Below, piece by piece: positions 23,916-35,875 of a DNA stretch of 64,000 nucleotides. Every line of letters begins with the position of its first letter. The first letter of the stretch is position 1. Below the pieces are notes generated by a model. The model worked only from the letters and a program-made list of their open reading frames with translations, ran no database searches and had not been told where the DNA came from. This DNA comes from Mizuhopecten yessoensis (Eukaryota), in assembly GCF_002113885.1 (NCBI RefSeq), contig NW_018408079.1, positions 4,010-68,009 of the forward strand, in the 5' to 3' direction. Both the position numbers and the translations under genes were made by a program.

Positions 23916-25545
23916 CTATAGCTTGTTGAGCAGTTCTTGCAACAGGTGTATGCTGTTATCGATCCTTTCGTTGTCGCCACCGTTTCTATTATCCCGTTCC
24001 ATTGCCCGTTCCATATATGTAGGGCTGTCGCCATCCATAACAGAGGTATTAATTCTGTCCTGGTCCTTTTTTTCTATCCTGGTCAAAGTTTTCATCGCTA
24101 TCATCGTGGATTTGTTGCCTTTCATCATCTCTAACGTCTCTTCTCTGGTCCCTATATGTATCCTGGTCTACAACTTCACCTTTTACATCACGTTTGTATG
24201 GTACACCACCAATATGTCTACTCAAGATTCCATCACTAGCCCTGTTTACCTCTCTTGTGTTGTCCCAATCTGATTCCTAGGCCTCATTTTTAACCCTGAT
24301 CCGATCATTTCCCCTAGCAACTTCCCAATATTTCGCTACGTCCTCACTCCTAGTCGTCTTCCAATATTTTGCTTTGTCCAAGTCCATAGCCCGCTGCCCA
24401 TCTCTAGCCATGTGCCCACCTTTAGCCATGTCCCAATACCTTGCCATGTCCCTATCTTTAGCCATGTCCCTATCTCTTAGCATGTCCTCACCTTTAACCA
24501 TGTTCAAATATGTAGCCATGTCCATTCCTTTAACCATGTTTAAATATCTAACCATCTCCCCACCTTTAATCATGTCCAAATATGTAGTCATGTCTCCACC
24601 TTTAGCCATGTTGAAATCTTTAGCCATGTCCCTACCTTTCACCATGTTCCAATATGTAGCCATGTCCCCACCTTTAGCCATGTTCCAATATGTAGTCATG
24701 TCTCCACCTTTAGCCATGTTGAAATCTTTAGCCATGTCCCCACCTTTAGCCATGTTCCAATCTCTAGCCATGTCCAAATTTCGAACCATTTCCCAATTTT
24801 TAGTAATTTTCAAGTCGTTAACCATATCCAAATCTTCAACCATCTTCCATTCTTTAGTCAGGTACCATGCCCCTATCCTTTGCCCTGTCACTATCTTTAG
24901 ACGTCTTCCAAACTCTAGGCATATACTAATTTTTAGCCCTGTTCCAATCTCTAGCTATGTCCCAATCGTTAATTCTGTCCCCTTTAAGCATAACCCCATC
25001 TCTAGCCCTATCCTCATTATTAGTAATGCCAAAATCGTAAGCCCTGTCCCAATCCCTAGCCCAGCTCCCATATTGAGCCATATTCCAATAGTTAGCTATG
25101 TTCCTATCTTTAGTCATCTTCCAATCTTTAGCCATGTCCCAATCTTTAGCCATAAAACTATGTTTAGCTATGTCCAAACCTTTAGCCCTTTTCCTTTCTC
25201 CCACCGTGTCCCAACCTCTACTCAGTTTCCAATCTCTAGCCAAGTTTTAAACTTGTCCCAATCTTCGGGCATGTCATAATAATTTTCGCTTTGATAAAGG
25301 CTGTGTTCTTTTTCTGTTTCTTGTCTCAAGTCATCAACGGATTTTGTTTTTCTATTATTTTCTGGTTCGTCACGGACTGTAAACCGCCAGTTGGTGACTT
25401 CCTGTCTGCCTTTACGCTCGACAGACGTATCCTGTGGTAGTTGCTGGTGAGTGGCTGGACGTTTCGTCTGTGGCCTTGCCTGTGTCTGGTATACCATCGG
25501 TAGGCATATAACTACGCGAGAGGTCCTCATATTGGAATCGGTCAA
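23916..25545 (-). pseudogene. Disrupted large exon encoding a Met/Trp/Asp/Lys-rich hexapeptide-repeat protein
   Basis: Four ORF-track pieces (25557-25222, 25243-24926, 24891-24277, 24128-23916) join into one repeat protein (MAKDWD/MAKGGD/MATYWN) through about 3 frameshifts and 2 TAG stops. It ends ...IHLLQELLNKL*. There is an underlying 18/36-bp periodicity. Confidence 0.6.
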
Positions 25546-28244
25546 ATGCAAAAACAAAACAAAAATAAAATATTAACATATTTATTTATCGGCGTAAAGT
25601 TTGTAACATTGAAAATAAAATATAAGTTAAAAGCAGAATGGTATCGTTAGTAGTGATATTTCCAAGCCATCTGATAACTATAACGCAATTTTATCTCACT
25701 GAGCATTATATCTGTGTGTATTTTACGTGTAATTTATTTATAAGCAGTGCAAGATTTCTCTCTACCCTTCTAGGCGTAGATCTGGAAGTGATGTGTATGC
25801 CATGTGTATTAAGTCAATTGTATTGAGTTTTTGTCAGTAATATATCAATATGTCCTTACTGTGAAATCAATCATTTTCGTGGGTGTTTAATTTCATTGAT
25901 ATGGAGGGTTATCTTCATCTACGAATTCATAGATCAACGAAGTAATTATATGTTTGATAAAAAGCATTTATCTGTTTCAATGGGTACTTGTTATAAACGA
26001 ATTGATTTACCCACAAAAATCGTTGGGAAACCATGAATTGGTAGTGTATATGTAAGCTGTAGTTGTTATTATTGCTTATTTGTTTACTGTCATGTTGCAC
26101 TGTACATTAGTTGTATAGTTTCACATAATAAATTCGTTTAAACTGTAAGCGAAGTTCTCACTAATGACTAAATGGTTGGCTTGGTGTCTAGTTCTTACTT
26201 GCCAACGTGGCATTAACATTCAGAAGTCACTACCAACCAAATGTTAAGATTACACGTAAACTCTACCATAAAAAGGCAAATAATATTCACACATTTTTTT
26301 ATGCTAAGGGATTGAATTTAAACATGAACACACAGAAAGTCAAACACATAAATATAATTAAAACAAAAATAGCAGAAAGTGATCAACTGAAATACATAAT
26401 TTGATTGATACGTTTAATCATTTAGCAAGATACTTATTTTACTTGCATTTCTACTACAAATCTGTTACATAATCGTCTATATAAGTTAAAATAAATACAG
26501 CAAAATCACAAATGGTATTATTCAGTTTAACTTTTCAACCTGATTTTATGCTTAATTCTAATGAAAACAATTATTATCCTCAAGTGTAGACTAAGCATGT
26601 ACACATGAGTGTTGTCCATTTTGTCTCATGAAATCTACATAACTAAATAATTGAATCAGTGTTCGATCATTGTCCAATATAATGCTATCTGTGCTTTGTT
26701 TGCAACTTTTCATTATAATTTAATTTCGAGCATATGCATATGAAGTAATGCTACACAAATATAGTGAAACCTGTGTTTGCCGGCATCCTTTAAACTATGG
26801 TATGTTTGTAAGACGCTCAAAAATATCGTACCTCAGCCCTTGATAAGGTTTCATTGACCCTTAGGTATGTTTTTTGTTTTTTTCATCATAGAAATCCCGA
26901 TATATTATTATTTTACCAAATATTTAGGTTCAAAATAATATCAATGATGGCAAGGTTTAACTGTATATTAATATGTGAATAAATTCATTTTAAAGCGATA
27001 TCTAATAGGAGAAAGGTAAATAATGTATGGTATATTGTAAGCAGGTACATTTTAAGGCGGTATGGAATATAAATAATCACGTATGCACCAGTTAAATGAT
27101 GAGATAAGCAGAAAATTTAATTGAAAGTTTGCCATAAAAATAAAGCCATTTTTATTAACATAGTTATAAACTATTAAAATTCTAAACACATACAACAATT
27201 TGAGATGAGTTACTTCAGTGCCAACTGGTCAATGATGTACATAATAAAACGTTAATTGAATACCCTTTCTTCCAAAACAAAGAGTGTTTCCTAGATGTCC
27301 ACATATAGCATTCTCATATTCAAGTAAAGTTAAGTAAACAAGTTCCTATTCATAATAGATACAAAAAGTAAACGGCAACAATTACTAATGGATCCCAGAC
27401 AATTGGTGCTGAGAACAGGTTTAACAGATTGTATGATGCACCAGGACACAGGCATATACAGGACTAAACAAGAGCTAACTGAATGTTACCTGCCAGGTCC
27501 TGAAACAAAACTTTACTTACATGACGTCCTCTAGTTATAACGTCTGCAAGGGAAGTTTTCCAATGCGACGTTAAGCTCTTCAGCAGATTCGCCAAGTCTG
27601 TCCTGTTACTGAGGATTTCAAGTGTATATACCCCTCTTCTTCGCTTACAGCGTGACTGCCGAGTCAGCAACGATTGGTCTTTTTAAGTATTCATCAGAGT
27701 GTGGTATCTCTCCGATTATATCAAAACATGACAAATCTAGAAAACTTAACATTTATTTATTCTTGGCTAAGCTATCAAAAATCTTAACGCATACGGGATA
27801 CATTTAACAGACTGTTTTTAAAAAATAAATATAGCAAATAAAATATTAATATTGAAAATAAAAAAGAAATATGACATAATACATGCGTTTCTCAAGAAAA
27901 ATGCTCATTGGAAAATTTATTGAAAGGGTTTCAATTATTTCAATTATTTTAATTACAGTAGATAACAGATATATGACATAAGAATTCTTGATTATATTAA
28001 AGTATGGCTTGAATTGTTTTGCAACATGCTTTCTCATTAGTGATGAACCAATAAACAATATAAATACTCCTCAAAAATGCAGCATAGATAATTTGAAACA
28101 CGGTCTTTGATTTGTTAACGTCAAAATGAATACCCCATTGAAAATAAAATACTGTTCTTAATAAAATAAATAAAACATTTTATATGTAATAGTTTTTTGT
28201 TTTTTTTTAATTGAATTATAGTGACTGAACTGGATAGTGATTAG

Positions 28245-28447
28245 GTCTATTGAAGAATTAACCAATAACCAAAGAGTATTCTGAATACACTGAGAAATCA
28301 GTGACACAACAGACGGTTGTACCTAGGCCACTTTCCTCGACCTTTATGTTCAAAATGACCAACAGGGAAGGCTTACTAGTACTGGATGAGACCTAGATGT
28401 TCATGGTAGGCGAACAGAAAACGCTTACCCTTCCGGAACACCTGGGC
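28245..28447 (+). mobile_element. Penelope-like element relic
   Basis: EISDTTDGCT*ATFLDLYVQNDQQGRLTST resembles the Penelope RT segment EIKDTT...ASYLDL...GxL. It is followed by GCTTACCCTTCCGGAACACCTG, which I recall as a Penelope terminal-repeat motif. Confidence 0.6.
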
Positions 28448-29216
28448 CCGTATTCATGAAACCGCTCTGATGCTCAAAGTAAGATTTTGTGTTAAAACCC
28501 TATTTCTTATTGATAAATTAATAAAAAAAATACGTTTTGTCAATGATCTGGAAGAATTTGGGGAGAGCCGTACGGCGGATTACCGTTTCATTCTTGACTG
28601 TGTTACATGATTTTAGCTAGTTGTCATCTTCGTACTTTTTCAAGATCGATGCGAATTTTCGAAAAAAGATATTATCGCACGAAATGTATGTTGTTTACTG
28701 CTGGCGATATATTTAGGTTAACGTTTCCTCTAGACACGTCGTATAATTAGTTTTATAGACACATTGGCGTAAACATCGAAGGATTCGACAGTACTACCCG
28801 TAATACCACATAAAAAGGTTGAATATCTTTTAAAAAAATCCAATAATTTCCTTTAAATTCTAGCTTTGCATGTTATTATCGACCCTATATTTAATGCTGT
28901 GATTTAATCAAGAGGTCCGCTGTTTTTTCTTCTTCACGAACTCTTGTAGATAAAGTATCAACATCTGGATATAACATACAGTCACGACTATATTTCACGT
29001 ATCAACCGCTCTCGACGTATTTAATGCCATAATTGACACATTAAATATCTCTGTCTAAGACAAATCAACACAAATGGTTCTGGATTATGTATGGAGAAAA
29101 GGCTGTGTATAATACAAATGATGTATCTGAAGTACATTACAATTTACAAACAAATATTAGCCGACATGCATAGAAACGAGAAATCATGAAACGTTTATGG
29201 GATTTTCATGATTATA

Positions 29217-29330
29217 TTTGTTTATGTTTTTGTGTTTTACGTCCTATTAACAGCTGTGTCATTTAAGGACGTGCCAAGTATTGGTGGTGGAGGAAAGCCG
29301 AAGTACTAGCAGAAAAATTCACCAACCTAT
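29217..29330 (-). mobile_element. SINE 3' fragment (V-domain-like) sharing the family-A tail
   Basis: TTTTACGTCCTATTAACAGCTGTGTCATTTAAGGACG followed by GGAAAGCCGAAGTACTAGCAGAAAAATTCACC. Confidence 0.55.
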
Positions 29331-30701
29331 GGAAAACACTTTGCGACTGCCATCATTATATTATATTTAGTTTTAAGATGTTTAACTCTTTATAGATGAA
29401 GATCGTTTTCACCTTCCGTTTGGTTTTTGATGGTCATTGCACTTTTGTATAAAGATCAAATGACACAGTAAGCATTGACATTGGATTAATAAGATGCACC
29501 ATAACATAAACTGTTGCTACAATATGACATTTGTTATGACACATGTATTTCTTGTGACAATCAGTAATAGTTTTTTTCTGATAATTATGTTGGTATATCG
29601 TTGCTTTAAATTTGATAGTGTTGTACAGAAGACTTGCTCCCCACAAAAGCAATCGTAGTTTATTGCTGACGTGAAGTAAAAAAAGTCGTACACAAGATCT
29701 CGGTTGATTTATTACGTCGACGGTACAGTGTAACTCCGATACTAGTCCATTAATATACACAATCGGTCTCCGTGTAATGCGTAATTCGTCGGATACGTTA
29801 ATTTAGATATTCGGTCTCATATATAAACACGGCGTCCTTGAAAAGAAGAAAATATGAATTATTTGCAGTCTTCTGAAATTAAGATATGTCCATTTAAGAA
29901 ATAGATTCTTTCCACTGGATTTTCTGCAATTCAAACCATTACATACTACTTTATATTTCTATGGTAGACAGCATTAATTGTGCACAAGTAAAATAATTAA
30001 AATTGATAATTACCTTAGTTTTCTGTTGTTAAATAATTAGTTATATTTGTTTAATTGATTATTCAGGTTCAATGTCATTTTGCATTGGATTGAAGTTTAG
30101 TGAAGGCGTTTAAAGCGAAGCTTGTCATTTCTGTCAAAAAGTGAGTTTGTCAGTTGTGTTGTAAAATAAAGTGTTTCGAGTGTATGTATAAATATCGTGC
30201 GTGTCGAATATGTGTAAACAAATACATTGTATGTCGAGTTTGTGTAAAGTTTAGTAAGTCGAATGTGTGGAAATAAATACACTTGTATGTCAAGTGATTA
30301 AATAAAAGCATATAGAATTTACGCAAAGTGTGTCGAATATGTGTAAATAAAGATATTGTTTATTGAATAGTGTGTTAAGGAAAGTGAGTCGACTTTGTGA
30401 AAAGCTAGTTATGTCTAATGTGTGTAAAGTTAAATGTACCGAATGGGTGTAAATAACTTCATTGTATGTTAAGCGTGTTAAGGAAAGTTTATCTGTATGT
30501 GAAGTAAAGAAATTTGATTATTAGTAAAGTGTTTCAAATGTATGTTAAATGAAGTGTGTTTGGATTTTGTAATTGGTGGAAATGAGTTGATTGTCGAAAA
30601 ATGAAGTGTGTCGAATCCGAATGTCTTAACTGAGTTGCAGTGGTAAGTTAAATCCATTATGAACGAGAAATAATAGAATGGCTTTGATGGATGTCATCAC
30701 T

Positions 30702-31422
30702 AAAGCTGAACTCCTTACTCAACTCGTACTGAAACTGAACTCCTTTCTCGCCTCATACTGAAGCTGAATTCCTTACTCGCTTTGAACTGAAACTGAACAC
30801 CCTACTCGCCTCCTACATGTTGTGAAGCTGAACACCTTACTCGCCTCATACTGAAGCTGAACTCCTTACTCGCTTTGAACTGAAGCTGAACTCTCTACTC
30901 GCCTCGTACTGAATCTGAACACCCTACTCGCGTCGTACTGAAGCTGAACGTCTTACTCATCTGATACTGAATCTGAACCCCCTACTCGCCTCTAACTGAA
31001 ACTGAACACCCTACTCGTCGTACTGAAGCTGAACGTCTTACTCGTCTGATACTGAATCTGAACCCCCTACTCGCCTCGTACTAAAGATAAACACCTTACT
31101 CGCCTCGTACTGAAGCTGAACTCCTTACTCGCCTCGTACTGAAACTAAACACCTTACTCTCCTCGCACTGAAGCTGAAGTCCTTACTGAAGCTGAACCCC
31201 TTACTCGCCTCGCACTGAAGCTGAATTCCTTACTGAAGCTAAATACCTCACTCGCCTCGTACTGAAGCTATACTCCTTACTGAAGCTGAACTCCTTACTC
31301 GCCTCGTACTGAAGCTGAACTCCTTACTGAAGCTGAACCCTTTACTCCCCTCGTACTGAAGTTGAACTCCTTACTGAAGCTTAACTTCTTACTGAAGCTG
31401 AACTCCTTACTCGCCTCGTACT
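30702..31422. repeat. 29-bp satellite (ACTGAAGCTGAACTCCTTACTCGCCTCGT), with 18-bp deletion variants
   Basis: Directly visible. Confidence 0.93.
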
Positions 31423-32105
31423 ATTTTAATGTTCCTCTGATTGATATACTGATGTGTCCCATATCAACATTAACATTTACAAAAATCATCCACCATTATG
31501 TTAGTCGAGTTGTTTCCCTTTGTATAGTGAATGACTTGAAAAAACAGTGTTAATGTCACACTTACTGAAATTATTAACCAGCCCTTCTTAACAGAGATTT
31601 TTATCTGATGCCTGTTACTTTTGTAATGTGAAAATACTTTATTTTGTTTATAATATAGTGAACAAAACGAAAGCAATGACATTAAGATAAATAAATTAGA
31701 GTTCAAAAAGTTCGTTACGTTTTTTCGCAAAGTGTACATCGGCATTAATTAAACACTTATGAAATATTTCACAGGTAGAACAAATATTCATATAATAGGT
31801 TTAGTAATACGGGAACATATTGTTTGGTGAAGTACATAAATCATTTTTACTTTCTTTTCTCAATACTTTATCTAGGTTTATCTAGTTAAATACTGTCATG
31901 AAAGGTGTTCTTATTTTATACTTAAATGAGTTATATTTGTTTAATTGATTATTCAGGTTCAATGTCATTTTGCATTGGAGTGAAGTTTAGTGAAGGCGTT
32001 TAAAGTGAAGCTTGTCATTTCTGTCAAAACGTGAGTTTGTCAGTTGTGTTGTAAAATAAAGTGTTTCGAGTGTATGTATAAATATCGTGTGTGTCGAATA
32101 TGTGC

Positions 32106-32830
32106 AAACAAATACATTGTATGTCGAGTTCGTGTAAAGTTTAGTGGGTCGAATGTGTGGAAACAAATACATTGTATGTCGAGTTTGTGTAAAGTTTAGT
32201 GGGTCGAATGTGTGGAAACAAATACATTGTATGTCGAGTTTGTGTAAAGTTTAGTGGGTCGAATGTGTGGAAACAAATACATTGTATGTCGAGTTTGTGT
32301 AAAGTTTAGTAAGTCGAATGTGTGGAAATAAATACATTGTATGTCGAGTTTGTGTAAAGTTTAGTGGGTCGAATGTGTGGAAACAAATACATTGTATGTC
32401 GAGTTTGTGTAAAGTTTAGTAGGTCGAATGTGTGGAAACAAATACATTGTATGTCGAGTTTGTGTAAAGTTTAGTGGGTCGAATGTGTGGAAACAAATAC
32501 ATTGTATGTCGAGTTTGTGTAAAGTTTAGTAAGTCGAATGTGTGGAAACAAATACATTGTATGTCGAGTTTGTGTAAAGTTTAGTAAGTCGAATGTGTGG
32601 AAATAAATACATTGTATGTCGAGTTCGTGTAAAGTTTAGTGGGTCGAATGTGTGGAAACAAATACATTGTATGTCGAGTTTGTGTAAAGTTTAGTAAGTC
32701 GAATGTGTGGAAATAAATACATTGTATGTCGAGTTCGTGTAAAGTTTAGCGTGTCGAATGTGTGGAAACAAATACATTGTATGTCGAGTTTGTGTAAAGT
32801 TTAGTAAGTCGAATGTGTGGAAATAAATAC
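32106..32830. repeat. 55-bp tandem array, ~13 copies
   Basis: AAACAAATACATTGTATGTCGAGTTTGTGTAAAGTTTAGTGGGTCGAATGTGTGG starts at 32106, 32161, 32216 and so on. It is single-copy in duplication unit 1 (~30216-30270). Confidence 0.97.
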
Positions 32831-33166
32831 ACTTGTATGTCAAGTGATTAAATAAAAGCATATAGAATTTACGCAAAGTGTGTCGAATATGTGTAAATAA
32901 AGATATTGTTTATTGAATAATAGTGTGTTAAGGAAAGTGAGTCGACTTTATGAAAAGCTAGTTATGTCTAATGTGTGTAAAGTTAAATGTACCGAATGGG
33001 TGTAAATAACTTCATTGTATGTTAAGCGTGTTAAGGAAAGTTTATCTGTATGTGAAGTAAAGAAATTTGATTATTAGTAAAGTGTATCAAAGTGTGGTTT
33101 ATGTGAAGTGTGTTTGGTTTTTTGTAACGGTGGAAATGAGTTGACTGACGAAAAATGAAAAAAAGC

Positions 33167-34582
33167 CTACTCGCCTCGTACTGAAACTGAACTTCTTACT
33201 CGTCTCATACTGAAGCAGAACTCCTTACTCGCCTTGTACTGATGATAAACACCTTACTCGCCTTGTACTGAAGATAAACACCTTACTCGCCTCGTGCTGA
33301 AGATAAACACCTTACTCGCCTCGTACTGAAGATAAACACCTTACTCGCCTTGTACTGAAGCTGAACTCCTTACTGAAGCTAACTACCTCACTCGCCTCAA
33401 CTCTGAAGATAAACACCTTACTCGCCTTGTACTGAAGGTACATTTTGTAAACACCTTACTCGCCTCGTACTGAAGATAAACACCTTACTCGCCTTGTACT
33501 GAAGATACACACCTTACTCGCCTCATACTGAAGATAAACACCTTACTCGCCTTGTACTGAAGATAAACACCTTACTCGCCTCGTACTGAAGATAAACACC
33601 TTACTCGCCTTGTACTGAAGATAAACACCTTACTCGCCTCGTACTGAAGATAAACACCTTACTCGCCTTGTACTGAAGATACACACCTTACTCGCCTCGT
33701 ACTGAAGATAAACACCTTACTCGCCTTGTACTGAAGATAAACACCTTACTCGCCTCGTACTGAAGATAAACACCTTACTCGCCTTGTACTGAAGATAAAC
33801 ACCTTACTCGCCTCGTACTGAAGATAAACACCTTACTCGCCTTGTACTGAAGATAAACACCTTACTCGCCTCGTACTGAAGATAAACACCTTACTCGCCT
33901 TGTACTGAAGATACACACCTTACTCGCCTCGTACTGACGATAAACACCTTACTCGCCTTGTACTGAAGATAAACACCTTACTCGCCTCGTACTGAAGATA
34001 AACACCTTACTCGCCTCGTACTGAAGATAAACACCTTACTCGCCTTGTACTTAAGCTGAACTCCTTACTGAAGCTGAATACCTCACTCGCCTCGACTCTG
34101 AAGATAAACACCTTACTCGCCTTGTACTGAAGGTAAACAGCTTACTCGCCTCGTACTGAAGCTGAACTCCTTACTGAAGCTAAATACCTCACTCGCCTCG
34201 TACTGAAGCTATACTCTTTACTGAAGCTGAACTCCTTACTCGCCTCGTATTGAAACTAAACACCTTACTCGCCTCGCACTGAAGCTGAACTCCTTACTGA
34301 AGCTTAACCCCTTACTCGCTTCGCACTGAAGTTGAACTCCTTACTGAAGCCGAACTTCTTACTGAAGCTGAACTCCTTACTCGCCTCGTACTGAAACTAA
34401 ACACCTTACTCGCCTCGTACTGAAACTAAACACCTTACTCGCCTCGCACTGAAGCTGAACTCCTTACTGAAGCTAAACCCCTTACTCGCCTCGTACTGAA
34501 ACTAAACACATTACTCGCCTCTTACTGAAACTAAACACCTTACTCGCCTCGTACTGAAGCTGAACTCCTTGTTCGCCTCTTA
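33167..34582. repeat. 29-bp satellite, expanded copy with homogeneous core (ACTCGCCTYGTACTGAAGATAAACACCTT)
   Basis: Directly visible. CTTG and CTCG variants alternate over 33450-34050. Confidence 0.97.
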
Positions 34583-35204
34583 CTATTGTAAGGGTCCTCT
34601 GATTGATATACTGATATGTCCCATATCAACATTAACATTTACAAAAATTATCCTCCATTATGTTAGTCGAGTTGTTTCCCTTTGTATAGTGAATGACTTG
34701 AAAAAACAGTGTTAATGCCACACTTGCTGAAATTATTAATAAGCTCTTTTTAACAGATATTTTCATCTGATGCCTGTTACTTTTGTAATGTGAAAATACT
34801 TTATTTTGTTTATAATATAGTGAACAAAATGAAAGCAATGACATTAAGATAAATTAATTAGAGTTTAAAAAGTTCGTTACGTTTTTTCGCAAAGTGTACA
34901 TCGGCATTACTTAAACACTTTCACAGGTAGAACAAATATTCATGTAATAGGTTTAGTAATACGGGAACATATTGTTTGGTGAAGTACATAAATCCTTTTT
35001 ACTTTCTTTTCTCAATACTATATCTAGGTTTATCTAGTTAAATACTGTCATGAAAGGTGTTCTTATTTTATACTTAAATGAAATTCGTTCTTGTTCAATA
35101 CTTTATAAAGCTTTTCCTTAAATACTGTTTAAAAAGTTTTTTAAGTTGAATAATATCATTTAAGTAGTTCTTGTTAAATACGATTATAAGTATTGTTGTT
35201 GTTA

Positions 35205-35875
35205 GAAACTATCATGTACGTTGTTCTTGTTTAATATGATCAAGAAAGTTGTTCTAGATTAATACTATCATGTACGTTGTTCTTGTTTAATATGATCAAG
35301 AAAGTTGTTCTAGATTAATACTATCATGAACGCTGTTCTTATAAAATACCATCAAGAAAGTTGTTCTAGATTAATACTATCATGAACGCTGTTCTTATAA
35401 AATACCATCAAGAAAGTTGTTCTAGATTAATACTATCATGAACGCTGTTCTTATAAAATACCATCAAGAAAGTTGTTCTAGATTAATACTATCATGAACG
35501 CTGTTCTTATAAAATACCATCAAGAAAGTTGTTCTAGATTAATACTATCATGAACGCTGTTCTTATAAAATACCATCAAGAAAGTTGTTCTAGATTAATA
35601 CTATCATGAACGCTGTTCTTATAAAATACTACCAAGAAAGTTGTTCTAGATTAATACTATCATGAACGCTGTTCTTATAAAATACTATCAAGAAAGTTGT
35701 TCTAGATTAATACTATTATGAACGCTGTTTTTATAAAATACCATCAAGAAAGTTGTTCCAGATTAATACTATCATGAACGCTGTTATTATAAAGTACCAT
35801 CAAGAAAGTTGTTCCAGATTAATACTATCATGAACGCTGTTCTTATAAAATACTATCAAGAAAGTTGTTCTAGTT
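35205..35875. repeat. 56-bp (2x28) tandem array, ~12 copies, with degenerate 28-bp flanks to ~35020 and ~36200
   Basis: AATACTATCATGAACGCTGTTCTTATAAAATACCATCAAGAAAGTTGTTCTAGATT starts at 35261, 35317, 35373 and so on. Confidence 0.95.

Larger units (their letters stand above)
30039..35080. repeat. Head-to-tail tandem duplication: unit 1 30039-31928, unit 2 31929-35080
   Basis: Both units start AGTTATATTTGTTTAATTGATTATTCAGG and end TTATTTTATACTTAAATG. ORF-track pairs 30097/31987 and 31470/34632 are near-identical. Confidence 0.93.

Noticed and set aside
24374-25279. 301-aa plus-strand ORF (LAMSPP repeats)
   Set aside because: Antisense shadow of the minus-strand hexapeptide repeat. It starts at TTG and has no unique flanking domain, whereas the minus reading continues into non-repetitive protein-like sequence.
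27380-27670. Possible upstream (signal-peptide) exons of the hexapeptide-repeat gene
   Set aside because: Splice-like sites exist (GTAAGT ~27520, TTTCAG ~27500) but I could not build a consistent open frame.
28245-28500. Hammerhead ribozyme near the Penelope relic
   Set aside because: No CTGATGA...GAAA core with pairing stems was seen here or at the other CTGATGA sites I checked.
32106-35875. CRISPR-like appearance of regular arrays (also 62345-62548)
   Set aside because: Units are contiguous with no unique spacers, there are no cas genes, and the context is eukaryotic.
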